Below are positions 56,180 to 64,000 of a stretch of DNA of 64,000 nt, piece after piece. Source of the DNA: Histomonas meleagridis 2922-C6/04-290x (lineage: Eukaryota; Protista; Parabasalia); the NCBI GenBank assembly GCA_020184695.1, contig JAANOX010000019.1, forward strand, positions 124,001 through 188,000. Reading direction: 5' to 3'. Both the position numbers and the translations under genes were made by a program. The first letter of the stretch is position 1. Each line of letters opens with the position of its first letter. The notes beneath the pieces were generated by a model, which made no database searches, was not told where the DNA came from, and was given only the letters and a program-made list of their open reading frames with translations.

Positions 56180-56761
56180 ATGCTTTTTCTGTTTGCGTTA
56201 TGCTCATTAAGGAAACATACTAAAGCAACTTCTCACAAATACACTGTAGAATATCATGATCATGATAGCGAGAAAGGAAAACCTTCCACAGCTGTTGACG
56301 ATGACAAAAATATCACATTATTAAAAAATTATTCAGAATATCTCAATCAAGAAACAGTACAGAATAATAAAAAACGATCTAGATATGAGCAAGAAAGTGA
56401 TGATGAACAAGAAAGTGATGATGAACAAGATGGATTTGGGTTTGTTGGTGGATATGATGATGATGATGATACTTCTGATTTCATATATGATGACTCATGG
56501 TTGTATGTTAGTCCTAATCAACCCAACTCACGAAGTTCAATTTTGAAACACGCGTCTTCTATCACAACAAAAGATCGCGATCGAATTCATACTGGCTTAT
56601 CTAAAGAAGGCAAAGAGGGCCAATGGATCGAAGTCATCAAAGCTGGCAAAAAAGTTTTCGACAAACTTAAAAAAGAGAAAGAAGCGAATAAAATCGTTAG
56701 CCAAAAGAAAATCACTGTCTTGAAGTCATATTCTGAATTCTTGAAAAAAGGAATCGTTTAA
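56180..56761 (+). CDS. Hypothetical protein with a short hydrophobic leader
   Basis: ATG at 56180 gives MLFLFALCSLRK; acidic middle region. Confidence 0.65.
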   Translation: MLFLFALCSLRKHTKATSHKYTVEYHDHDSEKGKPSTAVDDDKNITLLKNYSEYLNQETVQNNKKRSRYEQESDDEQESDDEQDGFGFVGGYDDDDDTSDFIYDDSWLYVSPNQPNSRSSILKHASSITTKDRDRIHTGLSKEGKEGQWIEVIKAGKKVFDKLKKEKEANKIVSQKKITVLKSYSEFLKKGIV

Positions 56762-57214
56762 ACAAGTGATTTTTTTTTTACTTATGTTTTTCGGTTTATT
56801 TAATTAATCTCATAAAATTACTGAAATTAAAAAATTGATTTTGAAAATTGCAATAAAACGGATGTCATCTTAAAATAATTTTATGACAGGTGTATTCCCT
56901 TCTGTTTCATGTCTGAACCTTAGTCAACTTAATCTGAGTGCGTATATGAAATTCATTTAATGCCTTTATATAGAGGCATAGCACCAGGGATATATAGGCA
57001 ATATTGATGACGAAATTACGTTTCTAATGTTTATGAATATACGAATTTATTCGCATTTTTAACAAGTTATGACTTAACAAATGCGCATCACCACTCAATG
57101 TGTGGATATAATGCAGTATCACATGAATAAGTTCATCATCACATGAAAAATTAACAAATTTCACCAAAATAATTTATATATTTTATTAAATAATTTTATA
57201 TTTTTCTGATATAA

Positions 57215-60200
57215 CTATAATACTGAAGGGAAGAATCTTCTTTTCCTTCCTCTCATTCTTGGGATTGGTGCGTCGAACTCATCGTCATTTTCTTTCGGCT
57301 CCTTTTTAATTTCTTCGAACTCTATGCTCTTATATCCCGTGACCTTCTTAATTCCGAGGTTCTTTTGTAGCCAAAATCTTATTGGTGGACATCCAATCCC
57401 AAACAATTCAAACGGATTTATTTCGGGAGGAAGTTCACCGCCGATAGCCTTTTCAATGGCCATTTTTGGGGTGTCCCCTCTTCCTTTCAATTGTTCACCG
57501 TGCATTTGAACTTCAAATGGGAACAATATGTTGTCAATAACTCTGCAATAATAAGTTTTGTTTTCATATTTAATACGTGATCTAAATCCAATTTGACATA
57601 GGTAACCAAATATAGAAAAGAATTCACCAGTACCAAGTGCTTCAATAATAGTATCTTTAATAGTGAATGGTAATATTATATCTTGGAAATACTTTGACTT
57701 TAATTGTATCTTTGGTGATGGAATTTTACTTTCTATGATATATGAAATAATTGAATCAATTTGTGCCATTAATTGTTTCTTAGAAAAGAAAATTGCTAAA
57801 CGTGGATTCACATTATTGATTTTACCTTTAATATTTTCATTAATTTCTTTTTCACTACCAATTTGATATTGTTCAATTTCTTCTTCTGGTATTAAATGAA
57901 GAAAAGGTTGTTGAATAACTAATGTACAAGGCTTACTAAATCCAAACTTATAAATATGTTGGAATAAAATTGGGTCCATTTCATAATGATTCCACCAATC
58001 TGTCTGGCTCTGTAAACTTTTGAAATCCACTTTTTCAAACTCGTTTTCAAAAAATTCGTTAAAACGATCAAACCACTTTTTAGCGTTAATTATTGAATTA
58101 GCGATTGAATACGTCATAAAACTAAATTCAGGTTTTTCATAGAAGACAACCGTCGGGTTAAAATCTTGTGAAGAGAGTAATTCTTCAGCTGAAATAATAA
58201 TATTTTTTAAGTCTTCCATTGGATCATTTACATTAGCAAACTCTGCAAAAAGATTACAATGTTCTTCTGATTTAGGGATACCGAAATATTTAATAGTTTT
58301 AGTAATTGATAATAATCGAGGTGAGATTTGAATTTCTTTTGGAGTTTCATCTTCTTTTTTCTCGACAATTCTTTTTGTGTGTTTATGTTTTTTAGATTTT
58401 TTATGAGTTCTTCGATAACTTTTCGGGTTAATTCTTTTGAATAATTGATTAAATCTCTTTTTAAGGAATTTCTTTTCTACGTTTTGTTTATCATTAAATA
58501 CATTTTCAAGTATTGGACCGAATTGATTCCAACCGAATTGATAAACGCCATTAATTAATCGTTGGTCATCATCTACATTCCAATCATCATCATCGTCATC
58601 ATCCAATTTTGGAATACTTTTTGGGAAATTTTGTGAATTCTTTTCATACCATTCATTAAAATATTTTAAGTCCAAAAATCGTTTCTTTAAAGTTCGAGAT
58701 CTTTTATCTATTTCGATTAAAAGATCGGATTTTCTTTTCTTTTTAACAAAACGTTTTAAATCATTTTGTTCATTTGTTAATTCTTCATAACCAGTAAATA
58801 ACTTTAATAAATTATCTTGAATTTCTTCTGATATAATTTGTAATATAACACAACAAACATCAATTAATTTATCTTCGCCGAAATCAAATTTACATCTTTC
58901 ACTAATTTCTTTCCATCTTCCCCATCCATAAATTTCTAATCCTTTTAATATGGTATAAAAATCAAAATGTTTTAAATCTTTTTCTTCAAAATCATCAAGA
59001 TCATCATCATCATAATATAAACTTTTCGTTCGATTTCTTTTTTGTTCTGTTGGTGTATCTATTAAATTTGGATGATTATTTATATAATCATTTAAGAACT
59101 CATCTAAAACAATTTTATTTTCTAATAAATTATCATTAGTTTCATTAATAATAACTTCTGGTTTATGAGTTCTTTTTGTTAATATTTCTTCAATAGTTTC
59201 TTCTTTAAATTGTTTAAATTGTAAATTATTTTCAAGTTTTTCTTTCTTAATAAATTTTATACCTTTTTGTAATGTATCGTTATCATTATCTTGTTGATTA
59301 CGTGAATTAGATTTGTTTTCATTAAACATATTCTCTTGATTTAATTGTTTTTGTAATATTTTTCGTACCATATCATCTTCATATGTATCACGACATACTA
59401 AACGATATACTTCGACTTTATTCTTTTGTCCAATTCGATGACATCTTGCTTGAGCTTGTGCATCATTTTGTGGGTTCCAATCAGAATCATATAATATTAC
59501 GGTGTTACCTGCTGTTAAATTTAATCCTGTACCACCTGCTTTAGTACATAATAAAAAGATAAAAACATTCGGATCAGAATTAAAACTATCGATTCTTCTT
59601 TGTCTTTCATTCCCTGTAATTGATCCATCAATTCTTTGGAATAAATAATTTCGACATAAACAAAATGTTTCTAAAATACCTAACATTTGAACAAATTGTG
59701 AAAATATTAATATTTTTGCATTCTCTTGTTTAAGTTTCATGAATAATTTATCTAAAAATATTAATTTACCTGATGTATTAATAATTAATTCATTTTCATT
59801 TTCACATTTATCTATAGGATCAATGAATTTCATCCAACTATTTTTCTCATCAAATAATTTCGGATGATTACATATCTTACGTAATTGCATTATATAATTA
59901 TTACCATGATTTTGAAAGTTTATCATTTTATAATTATCACGTTGTGTTGATGCAATACCCATTGCTATTAAATATTCATATAAATTCTTTTGTGTTTGTG
60001 TTAATTCTATATCAACAATATGTTCTTCTTTTTCACCTATTGATTTTTCGACTTGATTTTTCTCTCTTCGTAACATATATTTATTAATGACATTATTCTT
60101 TAATAATTCAACTTTATCTTCATATTCTTCATTAAATTTATCTAAATCATTAAATTGTTCTGGTTCAATAAAATGTAATAATGACCAAAACTCAGATAAT

Positions 60201-61783
60201 TTATTTTGTATTGGTGTCCCTGTTAATAATAATTTATGTCGGACTTTTAATTCTTGTAATACTCCATAAATCTTTTTATTATGATCTTTTAATCGATGTG
60301 CTTCATCAACTATGAAATATTCCCATGTAAAACTATTAACTAAATTAAAGACATCTTCTTTAAGTAATTTCTCAAAATTTAATAACATAACTTCAAACTT
60401 ACAAACATCTCGATTATCATGATAATATAATTCATAATCTGTAATGATTTTCCTTTGTTCTGGTCCTCCTGAGAATAAAACAACATTTAAATTTGTCCAA
60501 TTATGGAATTCTCGTTCCCATTGTTTCAATGTAGATAATGGTGCAACAATTAAATATGGTCCACGAAATCCAATTTGAAATAAATCATTGATCATACAAA
60601 CACTTTGCGCTGTCTTTCCTAAGCCCATTTCATCAGCTAAGATTGATGAACGATGTTCATACCAACATTTACGTAACCAATTTAACCCGTCAACTTGATA
60701 ACTACGTAATTCTCGTCCATCTTTAAACTCTGGTAATGGTATTTGATAAGGTTTTAATGTCATCGAAAATTCATATTCAGACATTTCTTCAGGTTTCGAG
60801 ACATATTCTCGATAATTCTCTGGACGTTGGACTTCAGTACGATTCGGTGGTATTTGTCGCATTATTTCAGTAAGTTTCTCTTCGCGTTGACGATATTCAG
60901 CTATGGATTGATCATTATCAATGAAATCACGATATTCCCAGGTGACAACTTCATAGTTGTTCTCCGATTTTTGATTCATATGGTCACTCTCTTTTTGCCA
61001 GATCACTAAATATTGATCGGTTTCTTCATTATACCCAATTACTTTGGAAACTTCGATATTTTCACTTTGGAGAATTTGGAGATTGGGTATATTATGGAAT
61101 TTAACCATTTCAACGCCTTTGCGAAGAGTCTTATAAAACGACTTAAGAAAACGATCACCATTAAACGAATCAATTTGATTCTTTGTAAGCCACCGACATT
61201 GCCCATATGATTCCCCTTTGAATTTAACATAATATTTTGGTTCTTCCGATGGTTCAATTTCAGTCCCAATCACTTTCTCAATAATTGGGCCTTTGGGTTC
61301 GTTTTTTTCTTGCTCATTTTCGTCTTCTTCACTTTCGTTTGTTGAGCTGTCGGATTCTGCATAGTTCTGACCATTACGACTTCGTGTATCGTGAAAACGG
61401 TAAGCAATCCCAGAACTATCACCAGAATCAAATTCACTCTCTGTGGTGATCTCGCTGGAATAGTCATCGGAATCAAAGTCATGACGTCTTTTCCTTTTAG
61501 TTGTTCTGGCTCCTGTGTCGACCTTTTGAACATTGTCTTGTTGAAATTGTTTGTTTTGTGATTGTTTGGACCTAATCCTGCTTTTTTTTGAGAAACCATA
61601 TTCGTAGTCGGAATCATCTGATTCATAACTTGAACTTGTATCGCTAAAACTTGTTGAGCTATCAGAACTCATTTCACTTGATGACTCTGCATAGTTCACT
61701 GATTGCAATGGGCGATCTGAATGCCTTATAGGTTGGCCATATTGAAAATTATTGCTTTCATTGTTATAATATGAACCGTCCAT
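57215..61783 (-). CDS. CHD-family SNF2 chromatin remodeler (chromodomains plus helicase)
   Basis: IEKVIG...YYVKFKGESY chromodomain; LRSYQVDGLNWL, LADEMGLGKT, VDEAH, LLTGTPIQN, FLLCTKAGGTGLNLT and QAQARCHRIGQ. Confidence 0.95.
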   Translation of the reverse strand: MDGSYYNNESNNFQYGQPIRHSDRPLQSVNYAESSSEMSSDSSTSFSDTSSSYESDDSDYEYGFSKKSRIRSKQSQNKQFQQDNVQKVDTGARTTKRKRRHDFDSDDYSSEITTESEFDSGDSSGIAYRFHDTRSRNGQNYAESDSSTNESEEDENEQEKNEPKGPIIEKVIGTEIEPSEEPKYYVKFKGESYGQCRWLTKNQIDSFNGDRFLKSFYKTLRKGVEMVKFHNIPNLQILQSENIEVSKVIGYNEETDQYLVIWQKESDHMNQKSENNYEVVTWEYRDFIDNDQSIAEYRQREEKLTEIMRQIPPNRTEVQRPENYREYVSKPEEMSEYEFSMTLKPYQIPLPEFKDGRELRSYQVDGLNWLRKCWYEHRSSILADEMGLGKTAQSVCMINDLFQIGFRGPYLIVAPLSTLKQWEREFHNWTNLNVVLFSGGPEQRKIITDYELYYHDNRDVCKFEVMLLNFEKLLKEDVFNLVNSFTWEYFIVDEAHRLKDHNKKIYGVLQELKVRHKLLLTGTPIQNKLSEFWSLLHFIEPEQFNDLDKFNEEYEDKVELLKNNVINKYMLRREKNQVEKSIGEKEEHIVDIELTQTQKNLYEYLIAMGIASTQRDNYKMINFQNHGNNYIMQLRKICNHPKLFDEKNSWMKFIDPIDKCENENELIINTSGKLIFLDKLFMKLKQENAKILIFSQFVQMLGILETFCLCRNYLFQRIDGSITGNERQRRIDSFNSDPNVFIFLLCTKAGGTGLNLTAGNTVILYDSDWNPQNDAQAQARCHRIGQKNKVEVYRLVCRDTYEDDMVRKILQKQLNQENMFNENKSNSRNQQDNDNDTLQKGIKFIKKEKLENNLQFKQFKEETIEEILTKRTHKPEVIINETNDNLLENKIVLDEFLNDYINNHPNLIDTPTEQKRNRTKSLYYDDDDLDDFEEKDLKHFDFYTILKGLEIYGWGRWKEISERCKFDFGEDKLIDVCCVILQIISEEIQDNLLKLFTGYEELTNEQNDLKRFVKKKRKSDLLIEIDKRSRTLKKRFLDLKYFNEWYEKNSQNFPKSIPKLDDDDDDDWNVDDDQRLINGVYQFGWNQFGPILENVFNDKQNVEKKFLKKRFNQLFKRINPKSYRRTHKKSKKHKHTKRIVEKKEDETPKEIQISPRLLSITKTIKYFGIPKSEEHCNLFAEFANVNDPMEDLKNIIISAEELLSSQDFNPTVVFYEKPEFSFMTYSIANSIINAKKWFDRFNEFFENEFEKVDFKSLQSQTDWWNHYEMDPILFQHIYKFGFSKPCTLVIQQPFLHLIPEEEIEQYQIGSEKEINENIKGKINNVNPRLAIFFSKKQLMAQIDSIISYIIESKIPSPKIQLKSKYFQDIILPFTIKDTIIEALGTGEFFSIFGYLCQIGFRSRIKYENKTYYCRVIDNILFPFEVQMHGEQLKGRGDTPKMAIEKAIGGELPPEINPFELFGIGCPPIRFWLQKNLGIKKVTGYKSIEFEEIKKEPKENDDEFDAPIPRMRGRKRRFFPSVL

Positions 61784-62160
61784 AATGGAATTGATCGAAA
61801 ACCGTCGAAATTACTTCAAAAAGTACTTAATTTTTGGTCGGCATCAAAGCACAGCCTTGCCATTCATTTTAGTTACACTTTGAAAAAATGAATACTTTAT
61901 TCTGATTCTGAAAAATTTTCACTTGTGAATACCAATTTGCTCTTTTATTTTGGTTAAATTAAATTATTTTTAATAGTAAAATTGTTGTTATTGCTTTTTT
62001 TTCATAATGAGCAAAATATAATTTTTAAATCTTTATTTGGAATTTCAACTCATAAGTTATAAAAATGTGTTGATGAGCGGATGTTTATTCTTTTAGTTGG
62101 GGTAACCAAGGAAATCAAACCAGAATTGGTAAAATCCATAAATGGAATAAAAATATATTT

Positions 62161-62496
62161 TTACCATTTCCTGATTTGGAAAAGTTCTGGCTTTCTGTCC
62201 TTTTCTTCTTTGGATTCTCCGTGCCTGATCCTTGTCTTCTTTGGACGATCATCGACAAGAAGTGTACCTAAGTTAATTGCTTCTGGTAAGATTACGTATC
62301 TAATGGATGCACCACGTATTGTCATGTTCTCAAGTCTTTCTTTTGGTTTTCCAGGTCTTTGAATTTGAACGAGTCTGACATGAGTATTCATTGCTGAGTC
62401 AACACCAACAACAGTCCCTTCAATTACGGTATTATCTTTCAGTTCAATTGTAACGTGTTCACGAACCAATTTCCTGAGGAAATGGACTAGCTTCAT
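62161..62496 (-). CDS. SNRPD1: snRNP core protein Sm D1
   Basis: MKLVHFLRKL...VTIELKD...GVDSAMNTH...TIRGASIRYVILPE...LLVD. Confidence 0.92.
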   Translation of the reverse strand: MKLVHFLRKLVREHVTIELKDNTVIEGTVVGVDSAMNTHVRLVQIQRPGKPKERLENMTIRGASIRYVILPEAINLGTLLVDDRPKKTRIRHGESKEEKDRKPELFQIRKW

Positions 62497-62738
62497 TTGG
62501 AAATGCCCCTTTAGCCGGTACGATAGGAAAGTGGCAATATTAAAAAAATCGACAAAAAAATCTCATAAACAAAAAAGAATGTTTAAATAATAAAACACTT
62601 TATTAAACTTTCTGGTTATTTACATTTTTCTCTGGTAAATTATTTTTCAAGTATGAAGTACTCATAATAAGTAAAAATTGCAATATCAAAAAGTACTTTA
62701 AATCTATTTTATTAAAAGATGATAAAATCAGGGAATTA

Positions 62739-63935
62739 CTAATCTATTTCGAAACTTGATTTCTTTGATAAAAAACTCTCAAGAAATTTCTTTGCATTAA
62801 TATAATATTGTTCTGTTACACCATAAGCCGAGTTTATACAAATTGTTCTTGAGTCATGAGGATTTATTCCCTCAAATGGATTATCATCATCTTTATAATA
62901 AATAAATCTTGCGTTATTAATTAATGCGTCACCTTCTAATTCAACATATTTACATAATTTACTATATGCGACACATGTTTGTATTATTGAAGCTTGAAAT
63001 TGAAAATCAGGAAAAGCTCTAAAATGCTTTGCCAATGTTTTATTAATTTCTTTTGGAAATAATTCATGAACTTTACGTAACAATGTTAAAGATATTGGTA
63101 ATACTGAATGAGTTGTTTCACCTCTTGGTGTTACATTTGTACGATTTACACATGCACTCAGCGTATAATGTAATGAAGCCCAATATTCATCTCCATCAAT
63201 TGATGGTGATTTTAATTTATTCTTAAAATTTACATAAAAATTATATTTTCTATGTACATATTTCCAATTATTTTGTTTTACTGCAATAATTGGAAGATGC
63301 GTTTCTTTATCAAAAAAATCCCATTTCGTTGTTGGGCGGGAAAAGAAAAAATCATCATTTAAATATAAAAAATGTTCAGATAACTCAGGAATATTTATAA
63401 TACAATGTTCTATTACACGTGAATTATAAGTTGGTAAAGCAAATTTAGGGATGATTTGTGTATGATCAACATATACGATCTTTGAATGATTTTGTCTAAC
63501 AAACGGAATGGTTTGATTGTCAGTTATAATGAATATTTTGCGAACCCATGGTGCATATAATTCAACACTTCGAAGTGAGTATCGGATTTCTTCAATATTT
63601 TGGAAACGAACTTTATCTAGTTCTTTGTTATGTTCTACTCCGCATTGTATTTCGGTTTTTTTCTTTTTGGCTTGCCATACTGGATCGTTGCCATTTACAT
63701 ATGTATAAACAATATCAACATCAATATCATTAGGATCCGTTTTTTTAGATAATAGTATTTGGGCTAACATCGGTTCTTGCTTAGTAATTTTATTATTAAA
63801 ATTAGATGTTGAAATCGTTGTGACTTTAAAAGATATTGAAGAACAAAAATTTAGTGACAGAAGTAAAACGTAAGAGACAATTATAATTATAAAAAAATAT
63901 TTTTCATTTGATTTTTGGCGTTTTTGGTTAACCAT
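62739..63935 (-). CDS. Stealth-family hexose-1-phosphate transferase, type II membrane protein
   Basis: CR1 DVDIVYTYVNG; CR2 EIRYSLRSVELYAPWVRKIFIITDNQ...TYNSRVIE...FLYLNDDFFF; N-terminal TM; ATG at 63935. Confidence 0.9.
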   Translation of the reverse strand: MVNQKRQKSNEKYFFIIIIVSYVLLLSLNFCSSISFKVTTISTSNFNNKITKQEPMLAQILLSKKTDPNDIDVDIVYTYVNGNDPVWQAKKKKTEIQCGVEHNKELDKVRFQNIEEIRYSLRSVELYAPWVRKIFIITDNQTIPFVRQNHSKIVYVDHTQIIPKFALPTYNSRVIEHCIINIPELSEHFLYLNDDFFFSRPTTKWDFFDKETHLPIIAVKQNNWKYVHRKYNFYVNFKNKLKSPSIDGDEYWASLHYTLSACVNRTNVTPRGETTHSVLPISLTLLRKVHELFPKEINKTLAKHFRAFPDFQFQASIIQTCVAYSKLCKYVELEGDALINNARFIYYKDDDNPFEGINPHDSRTICINSAYGVTEQYYINAKKFLESFLSKKSSFEID

Positions 63936-64000
63936 CTTCAACCAGTCATTCAAAATTTCTTATGGATCCGTTATTTTGAAATCCTTGGCATTTGAAAACA

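Overview
AT-rich eukaryotic genomic DNA, very likely from a parabasalid protist (Trichomonas/Tritrichomonas/Histomonas group). This rests on compact, apparently intronless genes, TCA(C/T)T initiator motifs just upstream of ATGs, DUF3447-type ankyrin genes and a BspA-like relic; the standard genetic code fits. About 30 protein genes are present: fimbrin, a long PGPGxY (SHIPPO/STPG) repeat protein, R2R3-Myb, L-type lectin, kexin-like protein, HMG box, ArfGAP, prefoldin 4, a CAMK kinase, two near-identical eIF5A copies, a Rab-like GTPase, an LRR protein, a CHD remodeler, SmD1 and a Stealth protein. There is also a tRNA-Trp(CCA) and a 3.44-kb decayed DNA transposon with 11-bp TIRs and an 8-bp TSD. 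The most striking signal is at 42.4-47.7 kb. Two paralogous ankyrin genes have every ankyrin repeat interrupted at the same position by an AT-rich, frame-breaking insert, giving an almost invariant 170-nt period. The inserts share a conserved motif and possible hairpin but have no usable GT-AG boundaries, which suggests non-canonical introns, translational bypassing or a cassette system. All coordinates and alignments were made by eye; no database searches were run.
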